Shown here piece by piece: positions 1 through 8,320 of a stretch of DNA of 56,332 bases. Both the position numbers and the translations under genes were made by a program. The stretch's first letter is position 1. Every line of letters begins with the position of its first letter. This DNA is from a bacterium UBP4_UBA6127 (lineage in GTDB: Bacteria > UBP4 > UBA4092), in assembly GCA_002428325.1 (NCBI GenBank), contig DIVR01000077.1, forward strand, positions 1-56,332. The letters run 5' to 3'. A model generated the notes under the pieces. That model worked only from the letters and a program-made list of their open reading frames with translations, ran no database searches and was not told the DNA's origin.

Positions 1-354
1 GCTCTGGGAATGACTGGGGAGGAAAGTGTAGTTCCATTATTAATGAACTGCACAAAATCTAATAACGAAATGACAAAAACCGCGGCTATTATCGCTTTAA
101 CAGAGAGATTTTGCGATTATCAATCTATTACACAAAAGAATATTCTTAAAACATTAATTTCTTTATCAGATGATAGTTCCTCCCAGGTGAGACAAGCTGT
201 TGCACAATCTTTGGGTAAATCAAAAGATAAGGAAGCTATTCCATATCTGGAAAAGATGTTGGAGGATTCCTATAGAATAAAACAATCACATGGTGATTAT
301 TATTATCCTGTAAGGGATATGGCACAGCATTCCTTAAGAGAAATCAGCCGATAA
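1..354 (+). CDS. HEAT-repeat (PBS-lyase-like) protein, copy A, 5'-truncated by window edge
   Basis: Frame 1 is open from nt 1 and stops with TAA at 352-354. The product is about 80% identical to the C-terminus of the 1223-2107 product. Nucleotides 1-~110 are identical to 1756-~1865. HEAT-like repeats of the form VRxxAAxALG...AIPxLxxML. Confidence 0.7.
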   Translation, partial: ALGMTGEESVVPLLMNCTKSNNEMTKTAAIIALTERFCDYQSITQKNILKTLISLSDDSSSQVRQAVAQSLGKSKDKEAIPYLEKMLEDSYRIKQSHGDYYYPVRDMAQHSLREISR

Positions 355-386
355 TGAGACTAATAATATATAAAATCAGCAGGATA

Positions 387-893
387 ATGACTTATTTCAT
401 TATCCTGCTGATTCTGGCTGGATTAGTTTTGATAGGGTTTTTATACCCTTATTATGTGAAATGGGAAGTAAAAGAGCGATCAAAGCCAGTTTATCATAGA
501 GCCAGGGAGGATGCTGTTCCTGAGATTGATATGCATCCTAAGTTCCGTGAAGATAATTTCTATAAAGGTAATTTAAGTTATAAAAAACCTTCAATTATAA
601 ACCAATTGTCTCCATCTTCTACTATCTTTATCCATAGTATCAGTTGGAATAAAACAACATCAGGGTATATTCATACTGTTGGAACGATGTACTATACTCC
701 AATTAGAGTCCGTGCTGAAAGAGTACATAAAACATTTATTGGATTAAGTTCATCTGATGTATATTCTACAATAGCGATTAGTAGCTCTTATTTATCACGA
801 TTTACCATTCAAACAGCTGAGTTCCATCCTCCTCTGGTTTTATCTGAAGGAACCAAGTTTAGTTTAAACTTTGATGAATGTTATTATAAATGA
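387..893 (+). CDS. small single-pass membrane protein, cassette copy A (unknown family)
   Basis: The ORF runs 354-893. The preferred start is ATG at 387 in the context caggataATG, the same context as copy B at 2137. It has an N-terminal TM helix. Motifs conserved with copy B: SSTIFIH, SGYIHTVG, YTPIxVRAERVH and FHPPLVLS. Confidence 0.6.
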   Translation: MTYFIILLILAGLVLIGFLYPYYVKWEVKERSKPVYHRAREDAVPEIDMHPKFREDNFYKGNLSYKKPSIINQLSPSSTIFIHSISWNKTTSGYIHTVGTMYYTPIRVRAERVHKTFIGLSSSDVYSTIAISSSYLSRFTIQTAEFHPPLVLSEGTKFSLNFDECYYK

Positions 894-939
894 ATAATAC
901 AAATATGATATTTTTAAAGCAAAAAATTAGTTGATTTAA

Positions 940-1140
940 TTATCCTGCTAATTTTAGCCAGATTAGTCTTACAAGTATTGTGTAAAAGAAGAGATAAAAC
1001 AGCAATCAAAACTAATATAATGAGGAGCTGGTTCCAGAAGTTGATATTCACCCGACACTTTTCATCGAAGATTTTTATGACCCTGAAGGACCCTACGCTG
1101 AAAAATATAAATCTAAAATTGAATATATTAAGAATCTAAA
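940..1140 (+). pseudogene. degenerate relic of the small membrane-protein gene (third cassette copy)
   Basis: DNA homology to copies A and B: attatcctgctaattttagccagattagt resembles attatcctgctgattctggctggattagt, and ...gaggagctggttccagaagttgatattcac...atcgaagatttttatga resembles EDLVPEIDRH..IEDFYEG of copy B. There is no continuous frame, and indels and a truncation are present. Confidence 0.55.
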
Positions 1141-1222
1141 ATAAAAAAGGTTATTTAACATACTGTTACCTGTGTCGCTGGGAATGCATATCATAGTGAG
1201 GATTGTCGATGAGGAAAATAAT

Positions 1223-2107
1223 ATGAGATTGTTTACTTTTGCAGGTGTTATGGTTTTGATTTTAAGTAGTTCGTTTGTTATGGCTCAACCCTATGATCTT
1301 GACAGCTTAACTGACCCCCTTAGCCCGAAATCATCCGAATATTTTAATATATTGCAAAAAAAGAAAGACCCAGCACTAACTAATGCCCTGTTATCTAAAA
1401 TGACTACTTCCAAAAATACGCAAGTACGAATACATTGTGCCAGAATCCTACTGGCAGCGGATAATACTCCTACGTTAAGGAAAAGTTATCTAGATGCCTT
1501 TAAATATGAGAAAGAAACCAGGGCAAAGACAATGCTGGCAATGACTATAGGCCATAGAAGAATTACCGAAGCTTTACCAGAATTGAAGAAATATGTACTA
1601 TCTGAAGGTAACAATGATTATATGATGTTTGAATCTAAAGGTGTTTGTATTCAGTCTCTGGGACAATTAGGCAAGGTCAGCACGCCGGTGCTAACTTCTT
1701 TTGCCGCAAATACCCAATTAATGAATTTGTATTCTACTCATATCATGTATGCTCTGGGAATGACTGGGGAGGAAAGTGTAGTTCCATTATTAATGAACTG
1801 CACAAAATCTAATAACGAAATGACAAAAACCGCGGCTATTATCGCTTTAACAGAGAGATTTTCTAATTATTCGCCCGCCACTCAAAAGAGTATTCTCAAC
1901 ACTTTAATTTTATTATCAGAAGATAGTTCTGCTCAGGTGAGGCAATCTGTTGCGCAATCATTGGGTCAATCTAAGGCAAAAGGAGCTATTCCCTATCTGG
2001 AAAAGATGTTGGAGGATTCCTATAGAATAAAACAATCACATGGAGATTATTATTATCCTGTCAGGGATATGGCAAAAAATGCATTGATAGAGATTAACAG
2101 ATTATAA
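1223..2107 (+). CDS. HEAT-repeat protein, copy B, secreted (signal peptide MRLFTFAGVMVLILSSSFVMAQ)
   Basis: The ORF runs 1172-2107. The preferred start is ATG at 1223, 8 nt after GAGGA at 1211-1215. It has a signal peptide and multiple HEAT-like repeats. Confidence 0.7.
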   Translation: MRLFTFAGVMVLILSSSFVMAQPYDLDSLTDPLSPKSSEYFNILQKKKDPALTNALLSKMTTSKNTQVRIHCARILLAADNTPTLRKSYLDAFKYEKETRAKTMLAMTIGHRRITEALPELKKYVLSEGNNDYMMFESKGVCIQSLGQLGKVSTPVLTSFAANTQLMNLYSTHIMYALGMTGEESVVPLLMNCTKSNNEMTKTAAIIALTERFSNYSPATQKSILNTLILLSEDSSAQVRQSVAQSLGQSKAKGAIPYLEKMLEDSYRIKQSHGDYYYPVRDMAKNALIEINRL

Positions 2108-2136
2108 AAACATTAATAACAAAAGTTAACAGGATA

Positions 2137-2643
2137 ATGATTTATATCATTATCCTGTTAACTTTTGCAGGGTTTATCTCTATAGCGTTTATCTATCCGT
2201 TATATGTGAAATGGGAGATAAAGCAACGCTCAATACCTATTATTTATGAGGCCAGAGAGGATTTGGTTCCAGAGATAGATAGACACACAAAACTATGCAT
2301 CGAAGATTTTTATGAAGGAGCCATGAGTTATAAAAACACAACTATTATTAATCAATTAACCCCATCATCAACTATTTTCATCCATAATATCAGCTGGGAT
2401 ACTACTTCTTCGGGATATATCCATACGGTGGGGAATATGCTTTATACACCGATTAAAGTTCGAGCTGAAAGAGTTCATGAAACTGGAATAATTTTCTCCT
2501 CTTCAGGAAAAAGTATAATGATTTCAATTGATAGTGTAGGTTTATCAAAATATACCGTTCATACAGCAACCTTTCATCCCCCTCTTGTTTTAAGCGATGC
2601 AACTACTTTTAGTTTGAGCTTATTTGAGTGTTATTTTAAGTGA
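2137..2643 (+). CDS. small single-pass membrane protein, cassette copy B
   Basis: About 55% identical to the 387-893 product. N-terminal TM helix. Start context caggataATG. Confidence 0.65.
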   Translation: MIYIIILLTFAGFISIAFIYPLYVKWEIKQRSIPIIYEAREDLVPEIDRHTKLCIEDFYEGAMSYKNTTIINQLTPSSTIFIHNISWDTTSSGYIHTVGNMLYTPIKVRAERVHETGIIFSSSGKSIMISIDSVGLSKYTVHTATFHPPLVLSDATTFSLSLFECYFK

Positions 2644-2855
2644 ATAAGGTAAAAAAACCATATTAAAAGATGCTTTTTATACAGGGAAACTCTCATAAAC
2701 ATACAGCTCTCCCTTAATCAAATACATCCCAATCCCATCCATCTGGTTTCGGGTTCTCCCCCCTTAATCTATAAGCCTTAATAAAACCAACCCTGGTTAT
2801 TTTCAATTAACTCAGAAGGGTATCATCAAAATCAGCCTCTCAACCAAACTTACCT

Positions 2856-2876
2856 TTTTGACTGCTGTCAAAAAAC
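2856..2876. repeat. palindromic element copy a (TTTTTGACtGCTGTCAAAAAA, one mismatch)
   Basis: Seen in the sequence, 166 nt upstream of the ECF sigma start codon. Confidence 0.8.
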
Positions 2877-3022
2877 AGAAGCTGGGGGGAGCTGCCGCCT
2901 TTACCCTTTGCTGTCATTATCCATCTTTAATACGCGGGGAAAATTGTCTCTATATTTATCTTATCGGCTCATGGGAAGATATTGGAACACTGGGCGTATT
3001 AACAATAGGTAAGAGGAAAAAA

Positions 3023-3628
3023 ATGGGTTTTGAAAAAACCGAGCGGACAGATGAGGATTTAATGAAGTCTTATCTGGCAGGAGATCTGGATGCTTTTGAG
3101 CATCTGGCTCTCCGCTATGAGAAACTGTTGGTCAATTATGCCTATTCATTTCTTCGCCGCCAATCCGTAAGCGAAGATATCGTACAGGATGTCTTTATGA
3201 AACTGGTGGAAAATAAAAAGAATTATGATACCAACCGGCCTTTTCGGCCCTGGATTTATCGGATTGCCCGAAACCGGATTTATGATGAACTGCGGAAAAT
3301 CCGCCGCTGGAATATATTTCATTTCCGGACAGATACCGAACCGGAAGCTCCTCAGCAAATCGGGGAAATACCGGACCCTCTCGGCTCACCCAGGGAGACT
3401 CTAAATCAGAGTGAGCTATGTGCCAGCCTTCAAAAAGGCCTTGGGAAACTGGATACCCGGTCCCGGGACTTGCTGGTCCTAAGATATTTACAGAGGCTCC
3501 CGGTCCGGGAGGTCTCAGAAATCATGGGAATCCCCGAAGGAACCGTTCATTCGGGTACCCATCGGGCTTTAAAATTACTGGAAAAGATATTAAACCAATA
3601 TGGAATCACTGGGGAGGACCTGCCATGA
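3023..3628 (+). CDS. ECF-type RNA polymerase sigma-70 factor
   Basis: The ORF 2858-3628 is over-extended. The real start is ATG at 3023, after AAGAGGA at 3011-3017. Region 2-like segment DIVQDVFMKL..RPFRPWIYRIARNRIYD. Region 4 helix-turn-helix LPVREVSEIMGIPEGTVHSGTHRALKLL. Confidence 0.8.
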   Translation: MGFEKTERTDEDLMKSYLAGDLDAFEHLALRYEKLLVNYAYSFLRRQSVSEDIVQDVFMKLVENKKNYDTNRPFRPWIYRIARNRIYDELRKIRRWNIFHFRTDTEPEAPQQIGEIPDPLGSPRETLNQSELCASLQKGLGKLDTRSRDLLVLRYLQRLPVREVSEIMGIPEGTVHSGTHRALKLLEKILNQYGITGEDLP

Positions 3629-4407
3629 CTGATAATACGGATAAACTGGCTACCCTTTTATCCCAAGTTACCTCCCGGGAAACTTCGCCTGAATTCCATA
3701 CCCGGTTAATGAAGAAAATTCATCAAGCCGAAAGCCTGGCAACCCTCGGTACTACCCTGGGAGCTGTCTATCTGGAACCCAAAAAAACCTCTGAACCTCG
3801 GATGGCCCAATCAGGCGAAGCATTATTCGCAGGAGACCGGATCCTGACCCGGAAGACGGGTAAAACCTATATCCTCTTCAAAGATGGGACTCAATTATGG
3901 TTAAATCAGGAATCGACTCTGGTCATTGGGGATACCCCTCGGCAACACCAGCTTCCCTTGGGGGAATTACTGGCTTTTGTTACCCGGGCTAAAACCCGTA
4001 AAGACCGGTTTATCCTGAAAACCCCCTCGGCTTTGGTGGAAGTATTAGGCACCGAATTTGATATTGCCATCACCACTGACCAGTCCAGTCTGCTGACAGT
4101 CCTCAGGGGGAGAGTCCAATTCCAGAATGACAAAGGGAGTTTACGGCTGAAATCCAAGTACCAATCCACGGCTAAACCTTCCCAAAAACCTTCCAGGCCC
4201 CAAAAGGTAAAGACTCTGGAGAAAATCCAATGGACTCAAGACTTAGCCCTCCAGGCTGCTAAAGAAGAAAATAATACCCTGCCGGAGACCCTGACCCAAC
4301 CCGAAAGGTTTAATAACACCTTCTCTCCGGGTAAGACCCTTCTAATCCTGGCATTCACCGGAATCTTGGGTTATCTCCTGGGGTACCTTTATGGAATGTG
4401 GCAATAA
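3625..4407 (+). CDS. FecR-domain anti-sigma factor with C-terminal TM anchor
   Basis: ATGA overlap with the sigma factor stop codon, suggesting translational coupling. FecR-like beta-sandwich segment GDRILTRKTGKTYILFKDGTQLWLNQESTLVIG...VEVLGTEFDI. The single TM helix LLILAFTGILGYLLGYLYGMW sits at the extreme C-terminus. Confidence 0.6.
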   Translation: MTDNTDKLATLLSQVTSRETSPEFHTRLMKKIHQAESLATLGTTLGAVYLEPKKTSEPRMAQSGEALFAGDRILTRKTGKTYILFKDGTQLWLNQESTLVIGDTPRQHQLPLGELLAFVTRAKTRKDRFILKTPSALVEVLGTEFDIAITTDQSSLLTVLRGRVQFQNDKGSLRLKSKYQSTAKPSQKPSRPQKVKTLEKIQWTQDLALQAAKEENNTLPETLTQPERFNNTFSPGKTLLILAFTGILGYLLGYLYGMWQ

Positions 4408-4430
4408 TCAACCTGGTTTTCTGTTCGAAT

Positions 4431-4496
4431 AAACGGGGTGAGACCCAGGCTGATGGTTACAGCCTGGGTCCCCCCGGCAAAATAAAATAAACCTAA
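4431..4496 (+). other. conserved hairpin-containing non-coding element, copy 1
   Basis: aaacgg ggtgaGACCCAGGCTgatggttacAGCCTGGGTCcccccggcaaaataaaataaa. It has a 10-bp perfect stem at 4442-4470. It is near-identical to the element at 25581-25660. Confidence 0.6.
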
Positions 4497-4512
4497 AAGG
4501 AGAAGGAATAAG

Positions 4513-5040
4513 ATGAGATACTCGAAATTTGTAGTTCTGGTCGGTGCTTTGGCAACCTTTGGCATGTGCTTCTACCTGGGATATCAACAGGTTCTGGCAG
4601 TCCGGAAAGACCCTGGAAAGAATCCAGCCGCTCAATCAGCCAACCTCGCATCCAAACCTTCAAAAGATATTTATGAGATTGCGCTGACATTACGGCTCAA
4701 ACCCGATAAGGAAATCCTGGTAGGAACCCTTCCTGAAAAGGGAATTTCTATCTATCTTCTCACCCATGTCCTGCCTGAATCCAATCCTAAGACTGTTGAG
4801 TTAAACTACCAGCTGAGAAGCAAGGACGGCAAAACCGTTCTCTCAGCTCCCAAGATTAAAACCTTCCTGGATTCAGAATGCCGCTTAGAAAACCGTTATC
4901 CGGACTCGCCGTCATCTAAGTCCCCCTCTTATTACCAGATAACTTCATTGGTCACCCAAGCTCCAAACAATACCTATCAGGCCAAAATCCATATTGTAAT
5001 GAGTAATGTTGCCATGGACACATCCTCTCAGCCAAAATAG
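4513..5040 (+). CDS. hypothetical N-terminally anchored or secreted protein, likely ECF-sigma target
   Basis: ORF with RBS aaaggagaagg. N-terminal hydrophobic segment FVVLVGALATFGMCFYLGY. Confidence 0.45.
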   Translation: MRYSKFVVLVGALATFGMCFYLGYQQVLAVRKDPGKNPAAQSANLASKPSKDIYEIALTLRLKPDKEILVGTLPEKGISIYLLTHVLPESNPKTVELNYQLRSKDGKTVLSAPKIKTFLDSECRLENRYPDSPSSKSPSYYQITSLVTQAPNNTYQAKIHIVMSNVAMDTSSQPK

Positions 5041-5102
5041 GAAATGGGTCATAAAAAGGAGTCCTCTCCGTACCCCCACCGTCTCCTTACCGCCGTGATT
5101 AT

Positions 5103-5130
5103 TTGACAACTGTCAAAAAAATCGTATAAT
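5103..5130 (+). promoter_or_regulatory. near-consensus sigma70 promoter (TTGACA, 16-nt spacer, TATAAT) overlapped by palindrome copy b
   Basis: -35 TTGACA at 5103-5108 and -10 TATAAT at 5125-5130. The palindrome TTTGACAaCTGTCAAA at 5102-5117 covers the -35 hexamer and the spacer. Confidence 0.6.
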
Positions 5131-5256
5131 GAGGAATAGTAGGGATGTATTCAGTTAACCCGGCCAGATAACAGTTCAAGCTGACCAATCCCGATCACTG
5201 GCCGTTGTGGAAAACTGAGGAGACGGTGGGGGTCTCCTTACCTAAGGGGGGTTCTT

Positions 5257-5382
5257 ATGAAGGGCCCCAAACCTATCAGGGATTTCACGTTGGTAGAATT
5301 ACTGATGGTCGTATCTATAATAGCAATCCTGGCAGCCATCACCCTCTCCCTGATATCCGGTGAAATAACCAGCTTTCGGTAA
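5257..5382 (+). CDS. 41-aa type IV pilin/pseudopilin N-terminal stub, possible pseudogene
   Basis: MKGPKPIRDFTLVELLMVVSIIAILAAITLSLISGEITSFR*. It has a class III signal-like N-terminus but D rather than G at the -1 position. There is no globular domain. It is not in the ORF track because it is shorter than 60 aa. It is preceded by the G-rich sequence aaggggggtt. Confidence 0.35.
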   Translation: MKGPKPIRDFTLVELLMVVSIIAILAAITLSLISGEITSFR

Positions 5383-5483
5383 AAACCAGCCAGGTAAGTA
5401 CCAGGATGAAAAACTCCATCGCTTTTTCAGAAGGTAGGGGGATATATGCTCATCCTTTTCTTTTTATAAACCCGCCCCTTGCC

Positions 5484-6755
5484 TTAAAACAAGGTTTTTA
5501 GAAGATGAAGCATCTTGTTATATAGCAGGCCCCGATTTTCCTTCCATAGATATTCAGGGCTGGTTTTGGCATCCCCCATTTTCCATTGATAGAAATATCT
5601 CTCATTATTCCAGTTGATGGAATAATAGACATATTGGGAATCGGGAGAAAATCTATGAAATTCAAGGAATTGGGAATCCGCCGGAAGCGGAATCTGAAGA
5701 TTTGATTTTTCGGTCAAGTCAGCGACAAACCCGGGAGAGACGTAAACATATCGGCCGTTCCTGGATAGTTCAAAATACTCAGGAGAAGATGAGACATCTT
5801 TTTCCCCTTTTTTTAAAGAGATTATATCGTCAGGTTTATTCAAGGCAGCATCCCATTGTCTCAGCAGATAATGGTCCTGGGTCTCCGTATTTTCTTTGAT
5901 TTCCCACCAAACCGGTTTGTTCAGCCAGGACTGCCTGATTATCACTGGAATAAAATCATATTTAGCCCAGGCAGCCTGAAGGTTTCTCATGGGGAAGCTC
6001 TCCAGCCGTTTCCCTTCATAATCAATTTTCAGAGTTGTCTGGATTTTTAAAAGTTCATCTCCCTCCGGCCAGGAGAAAGGGTCATACCCAGGAGAAGCCG
6101 AATCTATTGCCAGAGCCAGGATTTCCCGGGAATTCCTCAAACCAACCGATACATAATCAGGGTGGGATTGGATAGTATAAGGTTGAATAAATCCTGTTGT
6201 CCCGGACAGGAAGGTCTTTTTCCCATCCAGAGGATTCAAGGCATAAAGAGAGCCTGGATATTTTATGGAAAAGGTCCGGTTAAAAACTTTGAATCTCTCA
6301 AAAGAAGCATCTTCGGGAGGAATCGTAATCAATAAGGGTTTATTGGGGTCGATTTGAGAAAAGACCAGGACTTTATCAGACCGGGCAGGCCACCAGGCTT
6401 GATGATAGAGTTTAGTTTTCCAAAGAGACTTGTTGAAATGGCCGGTCGAATCATACAAAACAGTTTCATAATTCCGAAGTTTGAACCGGTAATAAGGGGA
6501 AAGAATTGAATCAGCGACTCCCTGGGGATACGCTTCAATATCCCGATAAGTCGCCAGGACCCAATGATGGTCCGGAGAATAATCAGCCGTAATCAATTGT
6601 CTGCCAGCCGGGGGGGGGATCCTCTGAATCATCCCATCCTCGCTAATGAGGACTATTTCATTCCCCTTCTGCCAGACAATGCCGCACACACCCTGATAAG
6701 GCAGGCAAGCCATCAGGCCGGCTGCTAATACCATGAGAAATAAAAATCTTCTCAT
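5484..6755 (-). CDS. hypothetical secreted protein (signal peptide; beta-propeller-like)
   Basis: 423-aa ORF. N-terminus MRRFLFLMVLAAGLMA. Rich in W, Y and D, resembling beta-propeller proteins. Confidence 0.45.
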   Translation of the reverse strand: MRRFLFLMVLAAGLMACLPYQGVCGIVWQKGNEIVLISEDGMIQRIPPPAGRQLITADYSPDHHWVLATYRDIEAYPQGVADSILSPYYRFKLRNYETVLYDSTGHFNKSLWKTKLYHQAWWPARSDKVLVFSQIDPNKPLLITIPPEDASFERFKVFNRTFSIKYPGSLYALNPLDGKKTFLSGTTGFIQPYTIQSHPDYVSVGLRNSREILALAIDSASPGYDPFSWPEGDELLKIQTTLKIDYEGKRLESFPMRNLQAAWAKYDFIPVIIRQSWLNKPVWWEIKENTETQDHYLLRQWDAALNKPDDIISLKKGEKDVSSSPEYFELSRNGRYVYVSPGFVADLTEKSNLQIPLPADSQFLEFHRFSPDSQYVYYSINWNNERYFYQWKMGDAKTSPEYLWKENRGLLYNKMLHLLKTLF

Positions 6756-6900
6756 AACCCTCCTCTTTCGTCTCCCTCAAGACTTAAAAACCTTTCGGTT
6801 TATAAGGAGTTATTTCTTTAATACTTTCTCTACAACTATTAAACTACTGTAACAGACATATCAACTCGCTAACATATAACATAATTAACTTTTATCAGTT

Positions 6901-8217
6901 CTATTTTTGCTTCCAATCAACCGTTTGGCAGGAATTCGGCAAGACCTGCAAGGTAGTGGATATAATATATGGTTTTTTAATAATTTTCAACTCATGGGTC
7001 CCTTCCAGGATATGGGACACGGAAGGTTTTTTTTGGTATCCATCCAGTAATATCAAGGCATCAGAAGGGATTTCTTCCAAGACAATCCGCCCCTCTCCCC
7101 GATGGAATAACTGGCTGTTTTGAATAATATACCTTCCGGTGAAGAATAAAGATATCAATATCATCAATACGGACGGGATGGAGGCATGAGGAATTTTCAT
7201 CAGCCAGTATCCTGCCAAGAGAGTGGCGGGAAATCCATAAAGGGCAAAAACAGTCCAGACCTGAGGATTGTTATCAGGATAATGGGTCAACATCAACCCC
7301 AGGGTTCCCAGGGTTGCCAACAATAGAAGGGGTACTTCCACAGGATTCCAGGCCTTTTGCCCATGGACCAGAGGAAGCAGCAGTAACAGGGGAATGGAAA
7401 AAAGGGAAATCCGGTATTGGAAATAAAGGATATTCCGCCAATAGGCCTTTCCCAAATAGGTATAATCCTCAGGCCTTCCCGGCTGGGGATGGAAACTCAT
7501 CCAATGGATATTCTCAAAGAAATCTCCTGAACCCCAGTTGAGCCAGGTAATTCCCACCATCAGAACAGCCAGAGGAATCAATCCCCACAGCCAGGTTTTT
7601 ATTTCATCCGTATGATGGCCCTTCAACCACCAGGCAAGGACCAGCACCGGAAAGTAAAACCCTACCTGCAGATGGCACCAGGCAGCCAGGCTGTAAGCCA
7701 AAGCCGGAGCCAGAGGAGAGTATTTCCCCTCACAATACCCAAACAGGTAATAAAAAAACATGGCGCTGGCCGCAATCACCAGGGCATAGGTTTCCAGAAA
7801 TCCATAAAATAGAACCGTGAACCCGGAACTCATAACCAAGCCAAAAGGGATCCACCCTTTGACTCCCCACCGTTCGCAGATTCGATAGAGGTAATACACA
7901 AAGATACTGCCTGCCAGACAGGCCACAAAATGCATGGCATATCGGCCATCCCAGCCCAGGAGATAACCGCCCGTCTTGTAACTCAGTTGATATAGAAAAA
8001 AGGAAAGCATCCTTCTTTTTCGAAACCAGACATCTCCCTCGACTTCTCTCAACCAGAGGTCAGCACTGCCTTCCCCTAATTGCACTGAACGGAAAAACCA
8101 GAAAACCAGGAAAAACACCCCGGACAGCAGCCAAGGTAAATATATTTCAATCCTGGAATTTCCAGAAAATGAAGAGAATTGAGATTGTTTCGGCAATCGG
8201 CTCATAGTCGGCAACAT
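6901..8217 (-). CDS. polytopic integral membrane protein, possibly GT-C-fold glycosyltransferase (DUF2723/PMT-like)
   Basis: 438 aa with at least 10 predicted TM helices. Acidic first-loop motif REVEGD. The family assignment is tentative. Confidence 0.3.
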   Translation of the reverse strand: MLPTMSRLPKQSQFSSFSGNSRIEIYLPWLLSGVFFLVFWFFRSVQLGEGSADLWLREVEGDVWFRKRRMLSFFLYQLSYKTGGYLLGWDGRYAMHFVACLAGSIFVYYLYRICERWGVKGWIPFGLVMSSGFTVLFYGFLETYALVIAASAMFFYYLFGYCEGKYSPLAPALAYSLAAWCHLQVGFYFPVLVLAWWLKGHHTDEIKTWLWGLIPLAVLMVGITWLNWGSGDFFENIHWMSFHPQPGRPEDYTYLGKAYWRNILYFQYRISLFSIPLLLLLPLVHGQKAWNPVEVPLLLLATLGTLGLMLTHYPDNNPQVWTVFALYGFPATLLAGYWLMKIPHASIPSVLMILISLFFTGRYIIQNSQLFHRGEGRIVLEEIPSDALILLDGYQKKPSVSHILEGTHELKIIKKPYIISTTLQVLPNSCQTVDWKQK

Positions 8218-8261
8218 ATTACCACACCCAACCGGATTTTTTCGACCCTCTTCTTGTCAAT

Positions 8262-8296
8262 AAAAAACCCGGATAAGAAATACTCTCATCCGGGTG
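8262..8296 (-). terminator. rho-independent terminator after pilQ
   Basis: Minus-strand RNA is cccggaugagaguauuucuuauccggguuuuuuua: a 7-bp stem followed by a U-tract. A TTGACA hexamer follows it on the minus strand. Confidence 0.6.
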
Positions 8297-8320
8297 GGTT
8301 AGCTCCTATTCAGAAAAAAT

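Noticed and set aside
2858-3022. N-terminal 55 codons of the 2858-3628 ORF (MTAVKKQKLGGAAAF...)
   Set aside because: The extension has no sigma-factor similarity and contains the intergenic palindrome. A strong RBS plus ATG at 3023 gives a normal-length ECF sigma factor.
3418-3624. Upstream extension of the anti-sigma ORF overlapping the sigma gene in another frame
   Set aside because: ATG at 3625, overlapping the sigma stop (ATGA), is the conventional coupled start. The extension is Pro/Gly-rich out-of-frame sigma sequence.
5073-5232. Invertible promoter (phase-variation switch) hypothesis for the 14-nt inverted repeat bracket
   Set aside because: The inverted repeats are short, and no invertase or recombinase gene is present anywhere in the window. 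It is retained only as a low-probability reading inside the finding on 5058-5392.
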